DNA from: a bacterium
Lineage (GTDB): Bacteria; Zhuqueibacterota; Zhuqueibacteria; Residuimicrobiales; Krinioviventaceae
Assembly: GCA_963675755.2 (NCBI GenBank)
Contig: CAXXMD010000002.1
Span: forward strand, 1,280,001-1,344,000
Length of the DNA stretch: 64,000 nucleotides
Direction of reading: 5' to 3'
Below the pieces are notes generated by a model. The model was not told where the DNA came from and searched no databases. It saw only the letters and a list, made by a program, of their open reading frames with translations. Below are positions 7,721 to 17,207 of this stretch, piece after piece; positions within the stretch are counted from its first letter, which is position 1; each line of letters begins with the position of its first letter. The position numbers and the translations under genes were made by a program.

Positions 7721-9970
7721 TTAACGAGAGGCAATTTCACAACTGCCTTTTAACGTTTTTGCTTTGGCAGTAACAGTTATATTACCGGTCAAACCGGTGG
7801 ATTGAACCAGAATCACGGCACTTCCATCTGCTGTTTTGGCAGATGTTGCCCCGCCAATACCTACAATTTTACCACCTTGAGTTGATTCAAATGCAATTTC
7901 AACTCCGTTGTCATGCGCAGGATTACCCTTTGCATCCAAAAGTTGAGCGGTTACGGAAATTGCATCGTATCCATCTGCAATCATTTCATCACTCAGAGGA
8001 GTCAATTGGATTGCTACAGGCTCCCCCGGAGTGATCAACACATGTTCAACCAACTCTCTCCCCTGCTTTGCAACCGCTTTTAATTCACCGGGAGCAAAGG
8101 GAACTTGCCATTCGCATTCAGTTTCTTTTGAGGATTGGATCTTTTTTCCATTCAAAAACAGATCAACTTGTTCACCATTGTGCCAAACATTAACGGCAAC
8201 TGCCTCACCAGGAGTTTTATCATTGTCCCAGGTACCTGCTATATGAACAAAGGGTTCTTTACCCCAGCGAGCCTTTAGATACCACGCGGGCTCCTTGTAA
8301 CGGCGGTAATAATCTACCATACCAGATGTTTGAATGGGCCATACGGGCTTGTATTCTGAACCGTAATCATGAAAACCCCAAACACACGCACCAGGCAAAT
8401 AGCTTTTACTTTCTATCAAGTCTAGATCCCGCTTTACACTTGCAAAAGATTTCATTTCACTGTCAAAATCGCCAATGTATGTTTTATCGGGATTGGTACA
8501 TTCGGAACTGATAAGTACCAGTTCGGGATAATTCTTGTGCAATTCATCATACGTATCAATGGCATAATTGAGTGCCATAATATCGGGTATAAATGCCGCA
8601 CCTGTCTTGATAGCATCATCAATATGATTTTCCGCATAGCAAGTAGGACGAGTAGGATCCAATCGATCTGCAGTGGCTTGCAGTATCTTGAACAATTCAA
8701 CAGAATGTCCTTCATTCATCAATCCCCAGAGAACAATGGATGGATGATTACGGTCTCTGCGCAGCATGGCATCGAACCCATAATCCATGATCTCCATAAA
8801 TCCTTTGCCTCCAATATGCTTCCATGAAAGGGGCTCTTCGTAAACCAGCATCCCCAAACTGTCACACGCATTCAAAAAATCGGGATGCTGGGGATAATGA
8901 GAACAGCGTACAAAGTTAACACCCAGATCCTTTAATATCACTGCATCCTGAACCTGCAAACGTTTGGGTACCGCATTTGCCAAACCGGGATAACACTGGT
9001 GGCGATTGGTGCCATTTACTTTTAAAGGTTTACCATTAAAAATCAAACCCTTGTCAGCAGTAAATTCAAAAGTACGAAATCCGATTTTTGTTTCAAGTTG
9101 ATCAATTAACTGATTATTTTCGATCAATTCTACCTGAAGCAGATACAAATTCGGATCATCAGGAGACCACAGTTTTATATCTTTTACAACACTTTCAAGA
9201 TTTGGTACTGCCCGGATCAGCCCCGGTGGAACGGTTATAGCCTGTTCAGAAACCGCATTTTTCTGATTTCCATCCAACACAGTTGTACGCACCTTGATTG
9301 TACGATACTCTGTTGATGTATTGTTGACTTTGATTGCGGTATTGATAACAGATTTTTTTTCATTCACCACCGGTGTAGTTGCAAACAGGTCATATTTTTC
9401 CAGATAAACATCGGGAAGGCTTTCCAAAGTCACTTCACGATAAATGCCGCCATAGACATTGTAATCAATGCGCCAGCGTCCCGGTGGAATCTCATCGTTA
9501 TGAAGGTTGTTAACCCGGACAGAGATCAGGTTTTCACTGCCCCAGTTCAGGATATCTGTCACATCGATTTCAATGGGCGTATATCCGCTGTTAAACTTGC
9601 CTATATATTGCTCATTCACCCAAATCTCGGACTGGTTACTAATTGCTCCAAAACAGATAAAAATTCTTCTCCCCTTGTGTTCAGCAGGTACCGAAAAATG
9701 TTTACGATACCAGGAATATCCACGATAATACCAGCGAACATCATCAAATGTATCATCCGCATTATAGGAATGCGGAGTACGGACTTTGATCCAATGCGAG
9801 TCTTTCCAATCCCATTGAGTGGCATTATATTTCCCGACCCAATCGTCCTGCTCGAATAACCAGTCATCATTAAAATCCATAATAATCCGGCCATTATCCT
9901 GCTCCGCCAGGACAGTACCGGCAAACAACAGTACAACAAACAGCAACTGCAAAATCACTAATCTTTTCAC
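7721..9970 (-). CDS. Glycoside hydrolase family 2 (beta-galactosidase/glucuronidase-like), secreted
   Basis: WYRKHF, GGIYREV, GFRTFEF, GTNRHQ, VRCSHYP, DRNHPSIVLWGLMNE (acid/base E), SEC (nucleophile region). Signal peptide. Likely GTG start at 9970 after GAGGTG (ORF track starts at 9994). Confidence 0.92.
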   Translation of the reverse strand: MKRLVILQLLFVVLLFAGTVLAEQDNGRIIMDFNDDWLFEQDDWVGKYNATQWDWKDSHWIKVRTPHSYNADDTFDDVRWYYRGYSWYRKHFSVPAEHKGRRIFICFGAISNQSEIWVNEQYIGKFNSGYTPIEIDVTDILNWGSENLISVRVNNLHNDEIPPGRWRIDYNVYGGIYREVTLESLPDVYLEKYDLFATTPVVNEKKSVINTAIKVNNTSTEYRTIKVRTTVLDGNQKNAVSEQAITVPPGLIRAVPNLESVVKDIKLWSPDDPNLYLLQVELIENNQLIDQLETKIGFRTFEFTADKGLIFNGKPLKVNGTNRHQCYPGLANAVPKRLQVQDAVILKDLGVNFVRCSHYPQHPDFLNACDSLGMLVYEEPLSWKHIGGKGFMEIMDYGFDAMLRRDRNHPSIVLWGLMNEGHSVELFKILQATADRLDPTRPTCYAENHIDDAIKTGAAFIPDIMALNYAIDTYDELHKNYPELVLISSECTNPDKTYIGDFDSEMKSFASVKRDLDLIESKSYLPGACVWGFHDYGSEYKPVWPIQTSGMVDYYRRYKEPAWYLKARWGKEPFVHIAGTWDNDKTPGEAVAVNVWHNGEQVDLFLNGKKIQSSKETECEWQVPFAPGELKAVAKQGRELVEHVLITPGEPVAIQLTPLSDEMIADGYDAISVTAQLLDAKGNPAHDNGVEIAFESTQGGKIVGIGGATSAKTADGSAVILVQSTGLTGNITVTAKAKTLKGSCEIASR

Positions 9971-10051
9971 GCCGCACCTCGGTTTTTTAAACAAAAAGTA
10001 TAATGAAATATAGAATAATTCTCTTGCAATACAATAGATAAAATATACTAC

Positions 10052-11035
10052 TTATTCTTTCACCAAACGAACAGACAGGCCTAATCCATTTTCATCATAG
10101 CTTCGTATAATATCATCATTCACATAAGATAATTCACGCGTAAAAGCACTAACATTTGCGACTACACTTGTTGATGTCCAATATCTTGCTCCATAGTCCA
10201 TTGAATAAAAGGCACCGTTAGCATCATATCGATATCCACCCCCACGGGCCCTGAATCCACTTTCATTTGTGGCAGAAGTATTGGGCGTATTCCAATGCGT
10301 TGTACCTTCTTCTTTTAATTTACCACCGTCATCGCAACGGCTGGCACCGGAACTGTTTGCTTCTGCAGATGTCAGGCCTATGCTCATTTCAAGAACTTTA
10401 TAATCATAGTCAGAAGGTACACGCCAACCCTCAGGCGCAAGATTACGCGAATCCACAACAGCATACCAGTTGTACATGGCGCCATAAACAGCAGCATTGT
10501 CGCTGTCATTATTATAATAACAATAAGCACCTGTACTGAGTGCTGTCCACTCTGCATTATCGGTCACATGGGGAATTGGATCACCATTACGATAGGTTGT
10601 AACTCGCAGATCTTCAGCCATCCACCATTTTTCACCAATTTTAACAGTTGCATATACATTACCATCCTGATCGGTCATGGTACCGGTTTCGAGATAGTCC
10701 TGGGCAGTTACGCGTACCATAAAATTGCTGCCGGATATTCCGGGATTATCAGCATAAAAATCCCATACAATGTGTTTATTAGTACCTTTGCTGATAGCAC
10801 TTCCTACATCTCCGCTTACACTGCTGCAATTCAGATCCCAGGTTGAGCCACCATCATCAGACGCGGTCAGCGTTATATTCATCAGATTCATATCATCTAC
10901 ATCATAATAGACATCCACAATCAAACTACCATCTGTTCGCTGTGAAAAACTAACATTCGAAATCACTGGTGCCTGCGCATAAAGCAGACCTGAACAAAAA
11001 ACAAAAAGTAATATTTTAATCTTTTTCATCATCAT
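10052..11035 (-). CDS. FISUMP (Fib_succ_major) domain protein with an N-terminal Ig-like domain
   Basis: Signal peptide, then APVISNVSFSQRTDGSLIVDVYYD, TDQDGNVYATVKIG..WMAEDLR, YGAMYNWYAV, APEGWRVPS, NESGF, YWTST, GLSVRLVKE. Confidence 0.88.
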   Translation of the reverse strand: MMMKKIKILLFVFCSGLLYAQAPVISNVSFSQRTDGSLIVDVYYDVDDMNLMNITLTASDDGGSTWDLNCSSVSGDVGSAISKGTNKHIVWDFYADNPGISGSNFMVRVTAQDYLETGTMTDQDGNVYATVKIGEKWWMAEDLRVTTYRNGDPIPHVTDNAEWTALSTGAYCYYNNDSDNAAVYGAMYNWYAVVDSRNLAPEGWRVPSDYDYKVLEMSIGLTSAEANSSGASRCDDGGKLKEEGTTHWNTPNTSATNESGFRARGGGYRYDANGAFYSMDYGARYWTSTSVVANVSAFTRELSYVNDDIIRSYDENGLGLSVRLVKE

Positions 11036-11057
11036 TCCCTTTTTCTTTCATACCATA

Positions 11058-12062
11058 CTACTTTATCAGCAAGGCCTTTTGTGTTAACATTTGATTATTT
11101 GCTTTTAATATCACAAGGTACATTCCAGAAGGAAGCGCATTCCCTGCATCATCTTTACTGTCCCATTGAACATTATAACTTGAAGCGGATTGGGTACAAT
11201 TTGACAATTCCCGTACTTTTCTTCCGTTTATATCATATACACTCAATTCAACCTGTGCTTGTTCGGCAAGTGTATAGCGTATATGGGTTTGTGGATTAAA
11301 GGGATTCGGATACAAGGGCAAAAGTTCTGTTGTTTCAGGTATCTCTGCAACTGTACTGCAAACAGTGCCGCATACATGCAGATCACCGGAATAACTGACA
11401 TCGGAAAGACGGTAAAACCAGGTTGTACCGGGTTGAGCGGACGTATCTCGAAAAGTATAATCCTTGGGACTGTCGATTGTACCCCGCCCGGCAAGTTCAG
11501 AATGTGTTTCATAGGAAACAACAACCTGCCAATCAGGATTTGTAATATTCCTTGTACGCTCAAGAATAAATCCCAGGTTATTGGATTCTGTTTCAGTTCT
11601 CCACGAAACAACAATGGAACCTTGCTCCCGTGTTGCAGAAAAAGAAACCAGCTCTACTGGTAAAGATGTATCAAAAGTAAAATCCCATGTGTCGGAATAA
11701 GCACCGGTTCCGGCTACATTGGCAGCGCAAACCCGCCAATAGTAATTATTACTTGTGACCAATTCACCGGCATCATAGGAGGACTCGTTTAAACCGGACT
11801 CGTTCACAACATATGAATCAAAATTAGATGCTAATGATACTTGCAGTACATAGCTTGAAGCATGATCAAGATCATTCCAGTCCAGAACGGATAAAGCAGT
11901 ACCACTATGATTTGCCGGTGTGGACAAAACCGGTTGAGCCGGTGGTAAAGAAGTCAGAGAACCAGTCCCGGAATTACCATAACCGGTATCAGCCAATACA
12001 TTTATACCAGACAAAAAGACTAAAAATGCAAAGTAAAACCATTTTGGCATAGTGCCTCCCAA
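11058..12062 (-). CDS. Secreted protein: Fn3-like domain, LPVEL Ig-like domain and T9SS/FlgD-type C-terminal sorting domain
   Basis: YYWRVCAANVAG, TSLPVELVSFSA, WRTETESNNLGF, YRLSDV, LYPNPFNPQTHIRY...SGMYLVIL...KALLIK. No enzymatic domain recognised. Confidence 0.82.
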   Translation of the reverse strand: MGGTMPKWFYFAFLVFLSGINVLADTGYGNSGTGSLTSLPPAQPVLSTPANHSGTALSVLDWNDLDHASSYVLQVSLASNFDSYVVNESGLNESSYDAGELVTSNNYYWRVCAANVAGTGAYSDTWDFTFDTSLPVELVSFSATREQGSIVVSWRTETESNNLGFILERTRNITNPDWQVVVSYETHSELAGRGTIDSPKDYTFRDTSAQPGTTWFYRLSDVSYSGDLHVCGTVCSTVAEIPETTELLPLYPNPFNPQTHIRYTLAEQAQVELSVYDINGRKVRELSNCTQSASSYNVQWDSKDDAGNALPSGMYLVILKANNQMLTQKALLIK

Positions 12063-12320
12063 TAAAATAAAAAAAGTAAAAAGATATAATAAATATTAAT
12101 AAAATTTTTGCTACTCATAAACTTTGACAAATTAACCAAATTACATCAAAAAAACAAAAATTTTTATTTTCCAGTCACAACTGAAAAAGATTCATTATAA
12201 AGATTCTGAATTGATTAAAGCACGGTGGGATCTTTATGACTATTGATAGAAACAAAGATTTTATTGGCTAATAAAATCCCCAAATAACAAGATATGAATA
12301 AAGGATAGTGGTGCAAATAA

Positions 12321-12342
12321 GGGTAGACTCGAAAGTCTACCC
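12321..12342 (-). terminator. Terminator hairpin at the end of the 33-kb operon
   Basis: Minus strand reads GGGTAGACT-TTCG-AGTCTACCC-TTATTT, 12 nt after the stop at 12354. Confidence 0.8.
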
Positions 12343-12353
12343 CAACATACACA

Positions 12354-14192
12354 TTACTTAATCTCTTTTATCATCACATTGCGGTAATCTACGCCAGTAC
12401 CGTGGGATTGCATGCCGATATGCCCTTTGCGGGGACGCTGGCTGAGCGGCATATAGTCGCCATTGGCGGTGGTGACTTCATCCATGTTGGCGGAATTGAT
12501 CTGTACGCCGTTAAGCATTATAGTCACTTCTGGACCATTGCAGGTGATCTCGTACACGTTCCATTCGCCGGGAGGATTTGTATGTCCCTGTTCCGCAGGA
12601 ACCTGGTAATAGATACCGCCGGTATATTGAGCGGGTTTAAGATCATTGTATTTTTCCGCATTATCGTCTAACACCTGAATTTCCATACCCACATGCGCGG
12701 GATCTCCTTTTTCAGGGTAACGGATTCCAACACCACTGTTTCCTCCCTCGGGAATGCGCCATTCCAGGTGCAGTACAAAATTATCATATTCTTTTTTCGT
12801 AGTAAGCCAACCGCCTTTTTCCGCAATACAGGATAAAACTCCATTCTCATATTTCCAGGATTCGACCTTGCCATCCTTGGCATACCAGCCGGACAGGCCC
12901 TTGCCATTGAACAATGATACAAAATCATCATCAGGTACCGGACTGCTGCTGACCAGGTTCACAGCTTCATCCATATAAATCTCGGCGGTATTTTCTCCCA
13001 GGCTGGTGCGGGTGATATAATTATAGCGTTCAAAACTGTTAAAATCCACTTTGGCAATCATGTATCCAAAAGCGTCGTTGGTGAGCCCAAACAGAAACGG
13101 GTGTTTGGTATTCATGTGGCGTTTTACATAATATCCCACATTGGGCAGTGCCTCACCGGGTATAGTAAGGACCTGTGCTGTACCGATATTCACCAGATTC
13201 AGTGTGGTACTGATGGATTTATCCTCAGACAATGCATACCCCAACGGTGACATTTGCAGTATCATTTGCATCATTTTGGATTCAATGGGAAAACGAATGG
13301 TTTTGGATGTACAATATAATCCGGGATCACTTTGTACTGGTGCATTTTCCACAATGCGCAAAGCCTCATCCGCCATCAAATTACCAATACGTATACATTC
13401 TTCCCAGGTATTGTTCTCTTTACCATCATCCCTACGAACATCTGCAGTTACCATTCCCCCCTGTGCGCTGTTCATAAACAGGGCAATACCGCCCCCCTTT
13501 GCCTCTATGCGGTCATACATAGGGCCACACAGATCGGGTGAGAGTATTCCACGTTCTGAGCCCAGCACTTCCGGGTGTGTGGCATAGTTTATCAGTGTAG
13601 CAATGGGCTTTCCTGCGCTCTCACCAGTTTCAGCGATTGCCTGAATTACGCCCATGCGGGGATCATAAAGCCTGGGAGCATATGCGTTAAAAGCGATTTT
13701 GCCTTTGGCGTCATCAACAGCAATTTTCAAAAATGCGGATTCAAGATTGTCCACAGCTTCATTCACTGCATCCGCTATCTGTTTCACACACCAATCAAGA
13801 TACTCCAGGTCGGCATGGTGCTGACCATTCTGGTCCGGAAATCCATACGCATCAGGAGCGCTATGGGTATGAGTCACACCAATGATCACATTCTCCGGTG
13901 CAATATCTTTGATCAACGCACGGGATTTGTCACCCAACTTGGCAGGCCATCCCAAATTATCAATACTAACAATAGCAATTCGGGTTGTGCCGTCATCCAG
14001 TACCAATGCACGGGCAAACAAGTCTCCTTTTTTCTCTGTCACAGGATTAGGTGTACCCACACCACCGGAAACCGGCAGCAAGGGATCAGGAGTAATAACA
14101 CGAACGGCCGAACCTGCTTTGAACGTTCCCGCAAACAGGGATGGTACGGCTGCAATCATTAATATCAGCATGATGGATACTACTTTTTTCAT
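12354..14192 (-). CDS. Neutral-ceramidase-like metallohydrolase fused to a C-terminal DUF1080 (3-keto-glycoside hydrolase/hydratase) domain
   Basis: N-part: KAGSAVRVITP, LFARALVLDDG, THTHSAP, NYATHPE, IPGEA. C-part: VSLFNGKGLSGW, GNSGV, EIQVLD, GEWNVYEI, GHIGMQSHG..V.YRNV. Signal peptide. Confidence 0.8.
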   Translation of the reverse strand: MKKVVSIMLILMIAAVPSLFAGTFKAGSAVRVITPDPLLPVSGGVGTPNPVTEKKGDLFARALVLDDGTTRIAIVSIDNLGWPAKLGDKSRALIKDIAPENVIIGVTHTHSAPDAYGFPDQNGQHHADLEYLDWCVKQIADAVNEAVDNLESAFLKIAVDDAKGKIAFNAYAPRLYDPRMGVIQAIAETGESAGKPIATLINYATHPEVLGSERGILSPDLCGPMYDRIEAKGGGIALFMNSAQGGMVTADVRRDDGKENNTWEECIRIGNLMADEALRIVENAPVQSDPGLYCTSKTIRFPIESKMMQMILQMSPLGYALSEDKSISTTLNLVNIGTAQVLTIPGEALPNVGYYVKRHMNTKHPFLFGLTNDAFGYMIAKVDFNSFERYNYITRTSLGENTAEIYMDEAVNLVSSSPVPDDDFVSLFNGKGLSGWYAKDGKVESWKYENGVLSCIAEKGGWLTTKKEYDNFVLHLEWRIPEGGNSGVGIRYPEKGDPAHVGMEIQVLDDNAEKYNDLKPAQYTGGIYYQVPAEQGHTNPPGEWNVYEITCNGPEVTIMLNGVQINSANMDEVTTANGDYMPLSQRPRKGHIGMQSHGTGVDYRNVMIKEIK

Positions 14193-14207
14193 GGATACAC
14201 CTCCAAA

Positions 14208-17192
14208 TTATTTTACTTCCAGTTCTACTTTTTTCATTGCTGTGATTCTCACCGGCCCTAAAAGTCCAGACGCCGGCAATGGCTTAAAGCCCAGTTCCTG
14301 TGCCCGCTCAGATAAAGAGTTACCGAATCTGGATCGCAGTTCTTCCGGTACCGGCGGTGCTTTTTCCCAGGCAGAAACACGGTTGATATTGGTATTTGTA
14401 ACCAAAATGGTCAAGTGGTTCTTTCCATTTTTCAAAAGACCGGTCACGTCCAGCTTCATTCCTGTCATCCAACAAGTTCCGGCATTCTTGTCATTAACAC
14501 TAATCTCAGCAATATTTCCTACTCTGCCAGGATCGAGTGTCAGAACAATATCCTTTTGAAGGTACATGTCAGGCAGAGTAAAGTCAATATCATACCTGCC
14601 GGTCCCGCTGAAATGACAGGTCAGGGAGTCATCAGTCCAGGATTTTAATACCGGCAGGTGTTTTTCAACTCGTTTAAAATGTTCATTCTCAAGTAACAGC
14701 TTCCAATCACCATTAATCACAAAAGGTGGGGGTACATTACTGATAGTTTTCGTTAACAGATGCTCCGTATCTGTCTTGACGTTGGCAAAATAATTTCCGT
14801 TTTCACTTGCAAGTGCAGTTACCCTGGTTTGACTCACATCATGAATTGTATTAAAATTGGTTTCACTCACGTATGGCTCTTTATTATCCGGGCCAAATAC
14901 AAGAATGGTCGATTCCCAGGGAGAAAGCTCAAGCGGTACCTTTATTCCATCTTTAACCTGAGCAAATTCAAGACATCGACGGATGTTACCGGTGTATGGG
15001 TCCCAGTAATAAACATCAGTATTACGGGTACGAAAGGTTACGGGTATAGTACTGGGAACGTTTTGAATATTGCTAACAAAATAGACATCCGAATCATCAA
15101 CCTTGCGATGCAAAAACGCAAGTCCGTTGTTTCTGCGCAGGTTCTCCTGTGCGAAATCAATACCGAAATCCGGAGCAATATGAGTACGGATTGTGTTTAG
15201 AAAGGGATCAAGCATGCTGCTGCGCATGTCCCACCATATTTTTCGATCAATTACATTTTTTATATAATAGGCTTTTCCTTTTCCATAATTAACAGAACCC
15301 ACCTCATCCCTGCGGAACGGTTCTTTGAACATTTCGTCTATAATGTTTTGCACCTTTTCGTCGTTAATACTAAAATCTTCCAGTCCTGTCGAACTATCCG
15401 GGACACGATCACAGGCTATGACTACTCCCCCATTCTTTACATATTCCTGAATACGTAAGAGTGTCTCCAAAGGCAGCGCCTTGATATTGGGAAGCAGCAA
15501 CACCTTGTATTCCATATTCCGAATTTTAATTTGTCCGTTTTCAAAACGAGCAATATTTTGTAATGCGTCGTCATTGAGCAGATCAAAATCGTATCCGTTG
15601 GAAACAAGCAGGAACCCGAGCTCGTCCCAATCAAATTCACGCGTCCATTTACGGGCATTGAGGGCGTCAAGTGCCCACTGGTTGGCGAGTGGCGAATAAA
15701 TGGCGATATCGGGACTAAAATCGCCCTGCCTGAACAAAAACGAACATCTGGCGGTATATTGAGTAAGGAGTGGATAAAACCGCCACCAGGTATTGCTGGG
15801 GTTGATCTGCGGCGCCCACGGTGTTCTGCGGGATGGGGCAAGATCACGCTCTGGTAAATAACAAAAGCCGTGATTATAAAATTTGGTTGCACCGGTACGC
15901 AGGATACCATCTGTGCTGATCTTGACTTCTTCGAGTGTGGCGCGGTAACGCTCCCAGTGCAGAAAAGTATGGGCCTCAACCGAGATAACGTCCCTTCCGT
16001 AAATGTGAGCGCCTGAAGCTACATATTTTTTCGGACCGATGCGATTATCAAACCATCCTTGGGAATCTTTTTCGCCCGGAGTGATCTCCATTTCCGGAAT
16101 ATGCGTTGCACCGGCAGCTTCCAGATTGTCCGTGGAAAATCCATAAGTCTGTACCCGGCCTTTGATACCATTGTTTTCACACCAGGTCATAAAGGTTTCG
16201 AAAAACGTCTGCATCCCCACATGATGTAAAAACTCGTTCACATCATAACGAATTTTAGGGGATATTTCACCCACCTGCCACCAGACAGCCGGCAGGTACG
16301 GTACCAGGTCATAACCTTTAAATTCTTTAAATTTTATCAAGAGGCTATCAGACCAATAGATACCGCTCGCCAGGTTGGGGAGTTCAAAACTGTCACAGAA
16401 AAACGAATCCACAGTTTTGCCGAACTCGGCTCCAAAAGCCTGTTTGAATTTGCCGCCCAGGTAATCGCAGTAACGCTGCATGGCACCCCGGTCAAAATGA
16501 TCAACTGCGTTGGCTTCACCGTTTTTGGCAAGCCAAAAGCACATAATCTTCCATTTACCTTCCGGTACCTGCCAGTCGAGTTTGCCGTTTTTCACCTTAT
16601 CCGTGATCACAACCACGGACTGCTCATCAATGATTCCCTCTTCGAGTTTACCCGCCGCGACCGCAATCAGTTTTTCTGTGCCGTTCAAACGCGGGTGATA
16701 AAGTTCCCATGATCGTTTGGTTTTGGCAAGAGAATCGGGTAACGCATCGTTGAAACGCATGGGACCTGTAATGTCCATGGAGCTGGGAATCATATCTTTG
16801 GATTTGTCTTCCTCCGACACCCATTCCCCACCGATTATCCAGCCCGGTCCGCCGAAATTAAAAGAGATCTCCATACCCAGGCGCTTGGCCTCATTCACCG
16901 CATGACGGGCCATATCCATAAATTCATCAGACAGGTAGGGAATGCCTCCCTTTTCATAAACCGCACCCATGGTAATCTGTTCCACACCCCGGATGCCCAC
17001 ACTACGCATTTGCTCGAGTTCCCAGGTGATTTCCTTTTTATCCATAGGATTCCCCGGCCACCACCAGCGTGTATGCGGCCAGCAATCCATAGGTGGATTT
17101 TTAAACTGCTCTTCTAAGGCTTGCAGAGGTCTTGCCTCTATCGTTCCTGAAAGTATCCATAACACAACAAGCATAAAAATCGAGCGTTTCAT
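14208..17192 (-). CDS. Glycoside hydrolase family 106 (alpha-L-rhamnosidase-like)
   Basis: FKNPP...RWWWPGN...EITWELEQMRSVGIRGVE, DHFDRGAM, FFCDSFE, KYVASGAHIYGR..EAHT, FSGTGRY, SGLLGPVRI. Confidence 0.82.
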   Translation of the reverse strand: MKRSIFMLVVLWILSGTIEARPLQALEEQFKNPPMDCWPHTRWWWPGNPMDKKEITWELEQMRSVGIRGVEQITMGAVYEKGGIPYLSDEFMDMARHAVNEAKRLGMEISFNFGGPGWIIGGEWVSEEDKSKDMIPSSMDITGPMRFNDALPDSLAKTKRSWELYHPRLNGTEKLIAVAAGKLEEGIIDEQSVVVITDKVKNGKLDWQVPEGKWKIMCFWLAKNGEANAVDHFDRGAMQRYCDYLGGKFKQAFGAEFGKTVDSFFCDSFELPNLASGIYWSDSLLIKFKEFKGYDLVPYLPAVWWQVGEISPKIRYDVNEFLHHVGMQTFFETFMTWCENNGIKGRVQTYGFSTDNLEAAGATHIPEMEITPGEKDSQGWFDNRIGPKKYVASGAHIYGRDVISVEAHTFLHWERYRATLEEVKISTDGILRTGATKFYNHGFCYLPERDLAPSRRTPWAPQINPSNTWWRFYPLLTQYTARCSFLFRQGDFSPDIAIYSPLANQWALDALNARKWTREFDWDELGFLLVSNGYDFDLLNDDALQNIARFENGQIKIRNMEYKVLLLPNIKALPLETLLRIQEYVKNGGVVIACDRVPDSSTGLEDFSINDEKVQNIIDEMFKEPFRRDEVGSVNYGKGKAYYIKNVIDRKIWWDMRSSMLDPFLNTIRTHIAPDFGIDFAQENLRRNNGLAFLHRKVDDSDVYFVSNIQNVPSTIPVTFRTRNTDVYYWDPYTGNIRRCLEFAQVKDGIKVPLELSPWESTILVFGPDNKEPYVSETNFNTIHDVSQTRVTALASENGNYFANVKTDTEHLLTKTISNVPPPFVINGDWKLLLENEHFKRVEKHLPVLKSWTDDSLTCHFSGTGRYDIDFTLPDMYLQKDIVLTLDPGRVGNIAEISVNDKNAGTCWMTGMKLDVTGLLKNGKNHLTILVTNTNINRVSAWEKAPPVPEELRSRFGNSLSERAQELGFKPLPASGLLGPVRITAMKKVELEVK

Positions 17193-17207
17193 GGTAGTAT
17201 TGCTCCT

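Noticed and set aside
10052-10250. FISUMP C-terminus as the variable region of a diversity-generating retroelement
   Set aside because: I found no second copy differing at adenines (template repeat) and no reverse transcriptase in the window. A remote DGR cannot be excluded without a genome-wide search.
13141-14559. Long plus-strand ORFs (148, 195 and 225 aa) antisense to the ceramidase-like and GH106 genes
   Set aside because: No recognisable motifs or RBS. Such antisense ORFs are expected opposite somewhat GC-richer coding sequence. The same applies to the other short antisense ORFs in the track.
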